Below the pieces are notes generated by a model. The model saw only the letters and a list, made by a program, of their open reading frames with translations. It ran no database searches and was not told the origin of the DNA. This document shows positions 20,433 to 29,974 of a stretch of 64,000 nt of DNA, piece by piece; position 1 is the first letter of the stretch, and every line of letters begins with the position of its first letter. Made by a program: the position numbers and the translations under genes. The stretch comes from an uncultured Azospirillum sp. (GTDB lineage Bacteria > Pseudomonadota > Alphaproteobacteria > CACIAM-22H2), in contig CAYQDN010000023.1 in NCBI GenBank assembly GCA_964416335.1, positions 693 to 64,692 of the forward strand, written 5' to 3'.

Positions 20433-20629
20433 CCGTTTTCTCCGGAAATTCCGGCCGCTTGGCCTCGTTCCTAGTTCGCACAAGTCGGCTGCGGGTTGCA
20501 ACTTCGCTGACGGGGCCGGCGGCTCGGCTCTGGACGCAAGGCTCCGATTGGGGTACATTTATACTTAGTATCCTAAGGGATTATCCGTCTCATCCTTGGA
20601 CCGGGCGGCGCGCGTGTTGGAGAACGACC

Positions 20630-21967
20630 ATGCTTACTGCTAGCGAGAACGACCTGCTGTGCCGCGTCGAGGGCGATGCCCCGATGGGGCAGCTGATGCG
20701 CCGCCATTGGATACCGGCGCTTCTGTCGGAGCAGGTCGCAAGGCCGGATGGAGCACCGGTCCGCGTCCAGCTTTTCGGAGAGAAGCTGGTGGCGTTCCGC
20801 GACTCGGAGGGCAAACTCGGCCTCATCGGCGAGTTCTGCGCGCACCGGAAGGTGTCGCTGGTCTTCGGGCGGAACGAACAATGTGGTCTTCGCTGCCTCT
20901 ATCACGGCTGGAAGTTCGACACGTCGGGCAATGTCGTCGACATGCCCTCGGAGCCGAAAGAGAGCGGCTTTTCGCAGAAGGTGAAGCACATCGCCTATCC
21001 CACGCGCGAGATGGGCGGCTTCGTGTGGACATATATGGGGCCGCCGGAACTGATGCCCGAATTCCAGCCGCCGCCGTGGATGCCGCATCCGGATACGCGC
21101 ATCGCGATCGCGAAGGTCGAGGTGTCGTGCAACTGGGCGCAGGTCATGGAAGGCCAGATCGACTCCGCGCATTCGTCGACCTTGCATTCCTCCGACATGC
21201 GGCCGGCGAAGGGCGATGCCGCCGCGAAGGGCGACCACTGGGTCCGCCCGTCGACCGACAAGAACCCGCGCATCGTGGTGCAGCCGACCGCCTACGGCAT
21301 GCGCTATGCCGCTATCCGCCGTCCGATCACCAACGCGAACACGCACGACTATGTCCGAATCACGACCCTGGTCGCCCCGTTCATCGCGCTCATCCCGCCC
21401 AACATCACCTACAACCTGACGAGCGTCATCGTTCCGCGTGGCGATACGAGCTGCAATTTCCATTTCATCGCCTGGGCCGAGGGCGAGCAGGCCGGGATCG
21501 AGACGGATGCGTGGCGGAAGTTCTGCATGCTCTCGGTCGGCGAGGATGTCGATGCCGAGTTCAGGCCGATCAAGCGTACGGCCGCAAACAACTACCTCCA
21601 GGATCGCGACCTGATGGCCGCCGGCAATTTCACCGGCATCACCGGGATTCCCAACCAGGACATCGCGATGTGGGAGTCGATGGGCCTGCTTGCCGACCGG
21701 AGCCGGGAGAGACTCGGTGCCAGCGACATCGCGATCGTCCACTTCCGGCGGGTCATGCTGGATGCGGTCGGCAAATTCGGCACGGACGGCGGCGTCATCG
21801 GCCAGATCGAGCCGCGGTTGCCGCAGGCGAAGCTCCGCTCCTATCAAGGCGTGGTGGAGAAATCCGTGCCATGGCGCACACTGGGGGCGTCGGAGGCGGA
21901 GGCCGAGGTGATGGCCGTTCTCGAACGCGGATCCGTCAAGCCGGGCATGACAGGCGACGCCGCCTGA
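20630..21967 (+). CDS. Rieske [2Fe-2S] aromatic-ring oxygenase, phthalate-family (class IA) oxygenase component
   Basis: 445 aa from ATG 20630. Rieske 'CAHRKVSL...CLYHGWKF'. Mononuclear-iron region 'NWAQVMEGQIDSAHSSTLH'. The N-terminus 'ENDLLCRVEGDAPMGQLMRRHWIPA' resembles phthalate dioxygenases as I recall them. Confidence 0.8.
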   Translation: MLTASENDLLCRVEGDAPMGQLMRRHWIPALLSEQVARPDGAPVRVQLFGEKLVAFRDSEGKLGLIGEFCAHRKVSLVFGRNEQCGLRCLYHGWKFDTSGNVVDMPSEPKESGFSQKVKHIAYPTREMGGFVWTYMGPPELMPEFQPPPWMPHPDTRIAIAKVEVSCNWAQVMEGQIDSAHSSTLHSSDMRPAKGDAAAKGDHWVRPSTDKNPRIVVQPTAYGMRYAAIRRPITNANTHDYVRITTLVAPFIALIPPNITYNLTSVIVPRGDTSCNFHFIAWAEGEQAGIETDAWRKFCMLSVGEDVDAEFRPIKRTAANNYLQDRDLMAAGNFTGITGIPNQDIAMWESMGLLADRSRERLGASDIAIVHFRRVMLDAVGKFGTDGGVIGQIEPRLPQAKLRSYQGVVEKSVPWRTLGASEAEAEVMAVLERGSVKPGMTGDAA

Positions 21968-21986
21968 CCCGGGCCGGCCGGCCGGC

Positions 21987-23162
21987 TCAGGCCAGGCTCG
22001 CGAGCGTGATCTCGCTGCCGGTCCGCGCCGACTGCAAGATCGCCAGACACGCCTCGAGTGTCGCCAGACCCCATTCGCCGGAATGAAGCGGTTCGTGGCC
22101 GAGAATTGCGGCCGCGTAGAGTTCGTCGGCGACCTCGGCCCGCGGAACCGCTGGTGCCGGGATATCCACGGTATAGCGCCGGTCGTCGGCATGGACGACG
22201 ACACCGTGCGGCATCGGGCGGAGATCGGCGCGCTCGCAGCTTGCGATGACCAGGCCGAAATGGTTGTGCGACATGTCGGCCCCCGCTTCGAAGGCTTCGG
22301 CTCCTGCCGGGCCGTAGGCGCGGCGCTGCTTCAGTGCGGCTTCTTCCGCAGGCGACGCGACTCCGCCCAGTGCCGCGCGTGCCGCACCGTAGCCGTCAGG
22401 ATTGCGCCTCTGCCCGAGCTCGCCGCGCCAGCCATTGAATTCGTCCGTGTCGAAGTGGGCGTAGCCGCTGTAGGTCAGGGACGCGAAGGCGCCGTTCGCG
22501 AAAGAAAGCTGCGCGCTGTAGGCGCCCTCGGTGTTGCGGTTCCGATCCCAGTTTCCGGTGAAGGCGCGGACGGTCCGGATCTCGGACCCGGCGAGCAACC
22601 GGACGATGTCGACCTGATGGGCGGCCTGGCTGAAGACGACGCCGCCGCCCGCACGGGTGTCGAGTTCCTCGGGCCGGCGCGGGCGATAGAGGAAATCGGT
22701 GAAGTTCAGTGCGTTGATCATCCGGACCGGGCCGAACTTGCCGGACCGGATCAACTCGCGGGTCTGAAGGTAGGGACGATCGTAGCTGTGGCTGTGGCCG
22801 ACCAATAGCTTCACGCCTGCCTGTCGTGCGGCCAGAATCATCGCGCGGCAGCCGTCCGCGTCGAGCGCCATCGGTTTCTCGACAAGTACGTGCTTGCCGT
22901 GTGCCGCGGCAAGCTTCGCGTGCGCGACATGATGCTGATGCGGCGATGCGACATAGACCGCCTGGACGGTCGGATCGGCGCAGACGCCTTCAACCGTGCC
23001 ATAGCCGGGGCAGCGGAATTCGGTGGCGAAACGCGCCACGGCATCGGGCCGCGGATCGAATGCGGCGACGAGTTCGATCCGCGGGTGGCGGATGAAGGTC
23101 GGGAGCATCAGGGTAAAGGCGCGCCCCAGTCCGATAACGCCCAGTCGCAGCGGAGCTTCCAT
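21987..23162 (-). CDS. Gfo/Idh/MocA-family oxidoreductase (phthalate cis-dihydrodiol dehydrogenase-like)
   Basis: 391 aa. 'LRLGVIGLGRAF' Rossmann motif and 'HVLVEKPMAL'. Size and context fit OphB/Pht4-type dehydrogenases. Confidence 0.7.
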   Translation of the reverse strand: MEAPLRLGVIGLGRAFTLMLPTFIRHPRIELVAAFDPRPDAVARFATEFRCPGYGTVEGVCADPTVQAVYVASPHQHHVAHAKLAAAHGKHVLVEKPMALDADGCRAMILAARQAGVKLLVGHSHSYDRPYLQTRELIRSGKFGPVRMINALNFTDFLYRPRRPEELDTRAGGGVVFSQAAHQVDIVRLLAGSEIRTVRAFTGNWDRNRNTEGAYSAQLSFANGAFASLTYSGYAHFDTDEFNGWRGELGQRRNPDGYGAARAALGGVASPAEEAALKQRRAYGPAGAEAFEAGADMSHNHFGLVIASCERADLRPMPHGVVVHADDRRYTVDIPAPAVPRAEVADELYAAAILGHEPLHSGEWGLATLEACLAILQSARTGSEITLASLA

Positions 23163-23174
23163 CGCAGCCTGCCG

Positions 23175-24143
23175 TCAGATGTCGAGCGTGAGGGATGCGG
23201 ACCTGGCCCGCGACACGCAGATCATGATGTCCGTCGTCTTTTCGTCCGGCATGAGCACGAAATCGCGGTGGTCCGGCTCGCCGGCAGTGAAGCGTGTCCG
23301 GCAGGTGCCGCATGTGCCGCTCTCGCAGGAACTTGGCAGCACGTGCCCGTGCCGGCGCAGCGTATCGAGGATCGAGGTGCCGGCTGGCACGACATAGTTT
23401 TGTCCGGACCGGCCAAGGCGGATCTCGAAAGGCGTATCGTCGGAATGCCGGGCCGTCGCTGCGGCGAAATCCTCGAAATGCACCGAGGAATCCGACCAGT
23501 GCCCCGTCATGTCCCGGACGGCATCCATCAGGCCGCGCGGACCGCAGCAATAGAGATGGGCGCCGTCCTGTTCCTCGAGGACCGGCCACAGGTCGTAGGC
23601 CCGGTCGGGGTCGCCATTGTCGTGATGGAGCACGGCCTTGCCGGCAAACCGGGGAGCCGCGAATTCGTCGCGAAACGCCATTGCCGCCGGCGTGCGCGTG
23701 AAATAGTAGAGCTTGAATTCCGTGAAGCCCCGATCCAGGCAATCCAGAATCATCGAGCGGATCGGCGTGATGCCGATTCCGCCGGCGATGAAGACGATCC
23801 GCCGAGGCGCCGTGCGCGACATCTCGAATTCGTTTGCCGGCGGTTCGGCCTCGATGCTGTCGCCGACATTGACGTCGCGCGTGAAGCTCAGCGAGCCGCC
23901 GCGTCCGCCCGTCTCCTGCTTGACCGCAATCAGGTATCGGCTGCGCTCCGTGCGGCTGTTGCACAACGAGTAACGGCGCTTCTGCCCGGACGGAGCGGTC
24001 ACCGTAACATGTGCGCCGGGCGTGAAGGCCGGAAGGTCGGCGCCGTCGGCGGCGGCCAACTCGTACATGAAGATTCCTTCGGCGATTTCCGCCTTGCTGC
24101 GAACCTTCAGCTTCAACGCAGTCGGGGTGGTTGCGGTAGCCAT
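23175..24143 (-). CDS. Phthalate-dioxygenase-reductase-type flavin/[2Fe-2S] oxidoreductase
   Basis: 322 aa from 'MATATTPT'. 'RRYSL' flavin motif, 'IAGGIGITPI' NAD motif, C-terminal plant-type ferredoxin 'CESGTCGTCRT...ICVS'. Confidence 0.85.
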   Translation of the reverse strand: MATATTPTALKLKVRSKAEIAEGIFMYELAAADGADLPAFTPGAHVTVTAPSGQKRRYSLCNSRTERSRYLIAVKQETGGRGGSLSFTRDVNVGDSIEAEPPANEFEMSRTAPRRIVFIAGGIGITPIRSMILDCLDRGFTEFKLYYFTRTPAAMAFRDEFAAPRFAGKAVLHHDNGDPDRAYDLWPVLEEQDGAHLYCCGPRGLMDAVRDMTGHWSDSSVHFEDFAAATARHSDDTPFEIRLGRSGQNYVVPAGTSILDTLRRHGHVLPSSCESGTCGTCRTRFTAGEPDHRDFVLMPDEKTTDIMICVSRARSASLTLDI

Positions 24144-24325
24144 CTTTCTCCGAGACGTGTCCGATCGGTCATGCCGGCACATGGGTAACACGAATCGCGA
24201 TGCGGGGAAAACCGGGCAACACTTAGGTCCCTAATATGTTTGCGCGCGTCCAACCGGCATGCGATATTTTCCGCGGAATTGGACAAAAAGCGGCCCGAAG
24301 CCGTGAAATTCTGGATGGAGGAAAC

Positions 24326-25294
24326 ATGCGACTGAGAAATCTCTGGGTCGTTGCGACCACCATGTTCGCCGTCGTGCAGGGCGGAGCGAGTCCTGTTTCA
24401 GCGCAGGACATGATCAAGCTGGCCGTAGGCCAACGCGGAAACTGGGACACATCCGTCTCCGAAATCGGACAGCGGCTGGGCATTTTCAAGAAGCATAACC
24501 TTCAACTCGAACTTCTCTATACACAGGGCGGTGGCGAGACGCAGCAGGCAGTAATTTCCGGCAGCGTAGATATCGGTGTCGGAGCGGGAACAATGGGTGC
24601 GCTCTCCGCTTTCTCGAAGGGCGCGCCGGTTCGTATCCTGGGCGCAGAAACGACCGGTGCATCGGATCTCTACTGGTACGTCCGGACAGATTCGCCGATC
24701 AAGACGCTCAAGGATGCCGACGGCAAGACCTTGGCCTACTCCACGAACGGCTCGTCGACTCACGGCATCGTTACGGCGCTCATCCAGCAGGACAAGCTCA
24801 CCGCCAAGCCTACGTCCACCGGCGGTCCGCCGGCGACGCTGGCGCAGGTGATGTCCGGCCAGATCGATGTCGGCTGGGCGGCACCGCCTTTCGGGCTCGA
24901 CCAGCTCGACCAGAACCAGATCCGGATCATCGCCAGCGGGAACGATGCGAAGGTTTTCAAGGGGCAGACGGTTCGCCTCCTGATCACAAACATCCAGACG
25001 ATTCAGCGCCGGCAGGCTGTCCTGGACAGATACATGAAGGCGTATCGCGAGACGATCGACGCGATGTACGTGTCAGATGGGCCTGCGATCAAGACCTATG
25101 CAGCCTGGCTTGAAATATCCGAGGCCAAGGCGAAGCGAACGCGCGACGGTTTCTTTCCGCGAGAGTCGGTCGATCCCGACAAGGTCGTGGGCCTCGACAT
25201 GATCGTCGAGGACGCGGTCACGCTGAAATACACGACGAGCGTGCTGACGAAAGAGCAGATCACCGAGCTGATCCGGATTCCACCCAGAAACTGA
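24326..25294 (+). CDS. ABC transporter substrate-binding protein, NMT1/NitT-TauT type
   Basis: 322 aa from ATG 24326 after GGAGGAAAC. Signal peptide 'MRLRNLWVVATTMFAVVQGGASPVSAQD'. Confidence 0.75.
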   Translation: MRLRNLWVVATTMFAVVQGGASPVSAQDMIKLAVGQRGNWDTSVSEIGQRLGIFKKHNLQLELLYTQGGGETQQAVISGSVDIGVGAGTMGALSAFSKGAPVRILGAETTGASDLYWYVRTDSPIKTLKDADGKTLAYSTNGSSTHGIVTALIQQDKLTAKPTSTGGPPATLAQVMSGQIDVGWAAPPFGLDQLDQNQIRIIASGNDAKVFKGQTVRLLITNIQTIQRRQAVLDRYMKAYRETIDAMYVSDGPAIKTYAAWLEISEAKAKRTRDGFFPRESVDPDKVVGLDMIVEDAVTLKYTTSVLTKEQITELIRIPPRN

Positions 25295-25380
25295 CCGTCC
25301 ACCGGATCCGAGCCGGACGAGGGGCGCTTCCCGATGGAGGCGCTCCTTCGTCTTCGGATGGAAGTGCGAGCGCAATTGCC

Positions 25381-25926
25381 GTGAAGAAGACTCGAGCATC
25401 GAAGGCATCGACTGTGCGACGGACGGGCGTGGACCTGCCATTCGCCAAAAGCGTCGGCTACCAGATCCGCACGACGCATCGCCTGCTGCAGCGCTTCCTG
25501 CAGCTCAAGATCGGCCCCCATGGTGTTACGCTGGGAATGTGGTATTTCCTGCGCGCGCTGTGGAACGAAGACGGCCTGACCCAGCGCGAGTTGTCCGGCC
25601 GCGTCGGCACGATGGAGCCGACGACGCTGAGCGCAATCCTGATTCTCGAGAAGAAGGGCATCGTGCGCCGCGTGCGCAGCGAAACCGACGGGCGCAAGCT
25701 CCATGTCCATTTGACTGCAAAAGGACATGCATTGCGCGAGGAACTCATCCCGCTCGCCAGATCGGTCGTGAAGACGGCAACGCAGAGCTTGCATGCTGCC
25801 GACGTCGCGCAGCTCCTTGCAGTCCTGGCGGAGATCCAACGCAACCTGCTCGCCGGCATCCTGCAGGTGGAAAGCGAGGCCCGCAAATCCGCGATTGGCC
25901 GTCCCGGACGAAGGGCATCGCGATAG
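25381..25926 (+). CDS. MarR-family transcriptional regulator
   Basis: 181 aa from a GTG start. wHTH 'LTQRELSGRVGTMEPTTLSAILILEKKGIVRRV'. Confidence 0.85.
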   Translation: MKKTRASKASTVRRTGVDLPFAKSVGYQIRTTHRLLQRFLQLKIGPHGVTLGMWYFLRALWNEDGLTQRELSGRVGTMEPTTLSAILILEKKGIVRRVRSETDGRKLHVHLTAKGHALREELIPLARSVVKTATQSLHAADVAQLLAVLAEIQRNLLAGILQVESEARKSAIGRPGRRASR

Positions 25927-26027
25927 AGCCCCGATCCGATGCGGTCCTTTGGACTGTCCAACCCAGATTGTTTTTGACAATCGATGGGGTGGCGGGCTCA
26001 CTGATCTGAAAGCTGACCCCGGAGCGA

Positions 26028-26041
26028 CAGATAAATATCTG
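26028..26041. promoter_or_regulatory. 14-bp palindrome CAGATA-AA-TATCTG, candidate MarR operator
   Basis: 6-bp perfect arms. Lies between the MarR gene and the ABC ATPase gene, 14 nt upstream of a TAATAT hexamer (26056-26061). Confidence 0.35.
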
Positions 26042-26087
26042 AAGTTCCAGAGGGTTAATATGTGCGACCGGCCGGAGCGAACGCCCA

Positions 26088-26891
26088 ATGCAGCCTGATA
26101 CGGCGCTCGAGATCGACAATGTGACGATGCGGTTCGGGCATCCGTCCGCCGCCTTGACCGCCGTCGACGGGATGAGCTTCGGCGTCCGGGAAGGCGAGTT
26201 TGTCTCGATCATCGGACCGTCCGGCTGCGGGAAATCGACCCTCTTCAACATCGTCGGCGGCCTGACCGGCGGGCACGAAGGAACAGTCCGCGTCGGCAAG
26301 GATGTGGTGCGCGGTCCGCATCCGGCCATCGGCATGGTCTTCCAGGAAGAGTCGACCTTCCCATGGCGGACCGTGCTCGACAACGTCGCCTTCCCGCTCG
26401 AGATAAAAGGAACGCCGAAGGCGGAGAGATACGAGCGCGCCCGATATTTCATCGAGCTTGTCGGGCTCAAGGGCTTCGAGGCGCGTCTGCCCGCGCAGCT
26501 TTCCGGCGGCATGCGCCAGCGCGTGTCGATCGCGCGTACGCTCGCCTTCGAGCCGCGTATCCTGTTGATGGATGAGCCGTTCGGCGCGCTCGACGAGCAG
26601 ACGCGGCTTCTGCTTGGCGACAAAGTGCTGCAGATCCAGCAGGCGCTGAAGCAGACGACGCTGCTGATCACCCACAGCATCACCGAAGCTGTCCAGCTGT
26701 CGGATCGCGTCGTCGTCATGACCTATCGGCCCGGCCGCGTGAAGCGGATCGTCGACATCGACCTGCCGCGCCCGCGCTCGTCGCAGATCGTCAGCAGCGA
26801 CGCCTTCGGGCGTTACGTCGCGCAGATCTGGGGAGATCTGCGCGAAGAGGCGAGCCGCGGCATGCTCGAATCCGAAGCGATACGTCCCTAG
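26088..26891 (+). CDS. ABC transporter ATP-binding protein (NitT/TauT family)
   Basis: Walker A 'GPSGCGKST', signature 'LSGGMRQRV', Walker B 'LLMDEPFGALD'. Confidence 0.9.
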   Translation: MQPDTALEIDNVTMRFGHPSAALTAVDGMSFGVREGEFVSIIGPSGCGKSTLFNIVGGLTGGHEGTVRVGKDVVRGPHPAIGMVFQEESTFPWRTVLDNVAFPLEIKGTPKAERYERARYFIELVGLKGFEARLPAQLSGGMRQRVSIARTLAFEPRILLMDEPFGALDEQTRLLLGDKVLQIQQALKQTTLLITHSITEAVQLSDRVVVMTYRPGRVKRIVDIDLPRPRSSQIVSSDAFGRYVAQIWGDLREEASRGMLESEAIRP

Positions 26892-26902
26892 GGAGACAGG
26901 CG

Positions 26903-27667
26903 ATGCGCTCGGCGTTCATGCGGATTCTCGGCCCGGAGCTTGCGGGACTTGCTGTGCTGGCCGCGATGCTTGCCGTCGTCGAAATCCTGATTGGTGCCGG
27001 AGCGATCAACGGTTACGTCGTCCCGGCGCCCTCGAAGGTACTGGAAAGTTTCGCACGCGTCATTGCCGAGGAAGCGCTGCCTCACCGGTTCTTTCTGACG
27101 TCGATGGAGGCGCTTGTCGCTGGCCTCGCCGTGGCACTCGTCGGAATTCCGATCGGCGTGCTCCTTTCGCGTTCGCCCTTGCTGCGTGCCGCAACCGAAA
27201 CCTGGATTGCAGCTTTTTCGGCAGCACCGCTGGTGCTCGCCTATCCGCTGTTCTTGGTCATCTTTGGGCGCAACATGATTACGATTTCAGCGATGGGCTT
27301 CGTCTCCGCTCTGGCACCCGTCATCCTCAAGACGCTGGAAGGTCTCGTCGGTGTCCGACGTGTGCTCGTCGATGTCGGGCGAAGCTTCAGTCTGACGCCC
27401 GTACAGCTGTTCTGGAAGGTTGAATTCCCGGCCGCGGTGCCATCGATTTTCGTGGGCCTCCGGCTCGGACTCATTCTCGCGCTCATCAATGTCGTTGGCC
27501 TGGAATTCCTCATCAATTTGGGCGGTCTTGGCCAGCTGATCAACGATCTCGCCGAACGCTACGATCTGCCGGCGACATATGCGGCGATCTTTTTTGTTGT
27601 CCTTGTCAGCGTATTTTTCTTCGTCGCCCTTGAGAGGATCGAGCGATGGCTGCGACCGGCACCATGA
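26903..27667 (+). CDS. ABC transporter permease (NitT/TauT family)
   Basis: 254 aa, polytopic, with a BPD-transporter-like core. Confidence 0.8.
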   Translation: MRSAFMRILGPELAGLAVLAAMLAVVEILIGAGAINGYVVPAPSKVLESFARVIAEEALPHRFFLTSMEALVAGLAVALVGIPIGVLLSRSPLLRAATETWIAAFSAAPLVLAYPLFLVIFGRNMITISAMGFVSALAPVILKTLEGLVGVRRVLVDVGRSFSLTPVQLFWKVEFPAAVPSIFVGLRLGLILALINVVGLEFLINLGGLGQLINDLAERYDLPATYAAIFFVVLVSVFFFVALERIERWLRPAP

Positions 27668-28437
27668 ACCCGCCGCGCCCGCGATCCGTCCTGACCGCCC
27701 GCCTTGCGATTGCGCTGGGCATCCTCGGCCTCTGGGAGGCGATGGCGCGTTCCGGTCTGCTCTATCAGGATGTCGTCCCGCCGCTGGCGCGGATCGTGCG
27801 CGCGATTGCCGCATTGGCGACGGCACCGGTCTTCTACGAGAATCTCGGCGTCACGGCGGTCGAGGTCGCTGGTGCGATGGCGATCGGCAGCGTCTCCGGC
27901 GTGGCGGTCGGGATCGCCATCGGCGGAAGCCGGTTCCTGACCCGTGCCTTCGAGCCTTATCTCTATTATCTCGGGCCGACGCCGAAAATCATCTTCTTCC
28001 CGGTCATGATCATGTGGTTCGGAGTCGGCTTGGGCTCGAAAGTGGCGTTGGGTGCGTTGTCCTGCTTCTTCCCGATCGCGCTTTCTGTCGCCGCGGGCAT
28101 GCGCCAGATCGATACCGTCCTGATCCGCGTCGGCCGTAGCTTCGGCGTGACGACGATGCAGATGGTCACGAAGATATACCTCCCGGCAATGCGCGCGCCG
28201 GTCCTAAACGGGCTGCGCCTCGGGTTCGGCATCGCGATCATCGGTACGATGCTTGCCGAGACCAAGCTGTCGAACAAGGGACTCGGCTATCTCATCATCC
28301 AGAGCTATGTAAGCTTCGACATGCCGCGCATGTACGCGATCCTGATCGCGGTTTTCACATTTGCAATTCTGGCGAACTCTCTGCTGACGTACCTTGCTTC
28401 GATTGATGCCCGTACCGGAGTTCGCAAGACGACCTGA
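27664..28437 (+). CDS. ABC transporter permease (NitT/TauT family)
   Basis: ATG 27664 gives an ATGA overlap with the upstream stop (alternative ATG at 27646). Polytopic. Confidence 0.8.
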   Translation: MNPPRPRSVLTARLAIALGILGLWEAMARSGLLYQDVVPPLARIVRAIAALATAPVFYENLGVTAVEVAGAMAIGSVSGVAVGIAIGGSRFLTRAFEPYLYYLGPTPKIIFFPVMIMWFGVGLGSKVALGALSCFFPIALSVAAGMRQIDTVLIRVGRSFGVTTMQMVTKIYLPAMRAPVLNGLRLGFGIAIIGTMLAETKLSNKGLGYLIIQSYVSFDMPRMYAILIAVFTFAILANSLLTYLASIDARTGVRKTT

Positions 28438-28474
28438 TGACCCTCTCATTGGCCCAACAAGAGAACGCGTGACA

Positions 28475-29950
28475 ATGAACCAAACTGATCCTCTGCCACG
28501 CCATCGTGATCTCTACTACGGCGGTGCTTGGCATTCGGCCGCTGGCGGCCGCAGCTTCGAGATCACGAGCCCGGGCAGCGGACGCTCCCTCGGGCGCGTG
28601 GCCGATGCCGCCGCGTCCGACGTCGACGCGGCCGTGCAAACCGCACATCGGGCGTATCTGGGCTGGCGGGACGTGCCGCCGCTGGAGCGGGCAAAGGCAT
28701 TGCGACGGATCGCCGCGATCGTCCGAGAGAATGCCCGCGAACTTGCTCTCCTCGACGCGCTTGATTGCGGAAATCCGGTCTCCGCGATGCTCGCCGACGC
28801 GGAGATCGCGGCATCGCAGATCGATTTCTTCGCTGGTCTCGTCACCGAAATGAAGGGGGCCTCGATCCCGATGGGCCCGGACCGGCTCAACGTCTCGATC
28901 CGCGTGCCGATGGGTGTCGTCGGGCGGATCATCCCGTTCAATCATCCGTTCATGTTTGCCACCGGAAAGTCGGCAGCACCGATCGCTTCGGGAAATACGG
29001 TCGTCGTGAAGCCGCCCGAACAGGCGCCGTTGTCGGCGTTGCGTCTGGCCGAACTGATCGACGGAATTTTGCCTCCCGGCGTTTTCAATGTCGTGACCGG
29101 CTCGACGAGCGATACGGGGGCCGCACTTGTCGCGCATCCGCTGGTCGCGAAAGTGGCGCTGATCGGCAGTGTCGCCGCCGGAAAGGCCGTGATGCGCAGT
29201 GCCGCCGACGGGATGAAGCCCGTACTGCTCGAACTCGGCGGCAAGAACGCGCTGATCGCGTTCGCCGATGCCGACCCCGGCGAAGTGGCGCAGGCGATGA
29301 TCGCCGGCATGAACTTCGCGTGGTGCGGACAGTCCTGCGGCTCGACGAGCCGGGCCTTCCTGCACGAGGCGATCCACGATCGGGTCCTTGCCGAACTGCG
29401 CAAGCGGATCACCGCTTTCCGGCCCGGCTTGCCGGAATATCCTGCGACGACGATGGGAGCCATCGTCAGCCAGGCGCAGTTCGATCGGGTGATGCGTTAT
29501 ATCGAGATCGGGCGTGCGGAGGGTGCGCGTGTCGTATGCGGCGGCGGTCGCCCGGCCGATCCGGCGCTTGCCGGCGGGTTGTTCGTCGAGCCGACGGTGT
29601 TCGAGGGCGTCACGCCGGCAATGACGATCGCGCGCGAGGAGATATTCGGACCGGTCCTGTCGGTGCTGAGGTGGCAGGACGAAGCCCGGATGCTGGCCGA
29701 CGTGAACGCGACGGAGGTCGGACTGACATGTTCGATCTGGACGCGCAACATCGATGCCGCCCTGCGCACGGCGACGCGCGTGGAAGCCGGATTCATCTGG
29801 GTCAACGAGGTGGGCAAGCATTTCCTCGGCGCCCCGTTCGGCGGCGTGAAGCAATCGGGCGTCGGGCGGGAGGAATGCATCGAGGAGATGATGTCCTTTA
29901 CCCAGGAACGGAACATCCATATCCGCTTCGCGACCGCTTCCGGTGCTTGA
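28475..29950 (+). CDS. NAD(P)-dependent aldehyde dehydrogenase
   Basis: 491 aa from ATG 28475. 'ELGGKNA' and catalytic-Cys region 'FAWCGQSCGSTSR'. Confidence 0.88.
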   Translation: MNQTDPLPRHRDLYYGGAWHSAAGGRSFEITSPGSGRSLGRVADAAASDVDAAVQTAHRAYLGWRDVPPLERAKALRRIAAIVRENARELALLDALDCGNPVSAMLADAEIAASQIDFFAGLVTEMKGASIPMGPDRLNVSIRVPMGVVGRIIPFNHPFMFATGKSAAPIASGNTVVVKPPEQAPLSALRLAELIDGILPPGVFNVVTGSTSDTGAALVAHPLVAKVALIGSVAAGKAVMRSAADGMKPVLLELGGKNALIAFADADPGEVAQAMIAGMNFAWCGQSCGSTSRAFLHEAIHDRVLAELRKRITAFRPGLPEYPATTMGAIVSQAQFDRVMRYIEIGRAEGARVVCGGGRPADPALAGGLFVEPTVFEGVTPAMTIAREEIFGPVLSVLRWQDEARMLADVNATEVGLTCSIWTRNIDAALRTATRVEAGFIWVNEVGKHFLGAPFGGVKQSGVGREECIEEMMSFTQERNIHIRFATASGA

Positions 29951-29974
29951 ATTGGCGGATGCCCGCACGTAGCC

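Noticed and set aside
20555-20564. The 10-mer GTATAAATGT (reverse strand here) is shared with the GntR operator palindrome at 51430-51439. This hinted at a common regulon.
   Set aside because: Only one half-site is shared and no second arm is present at 20.5 kb. The motif also resembles a generic TATAAT-like -10 element, so co-regulation is not supported.
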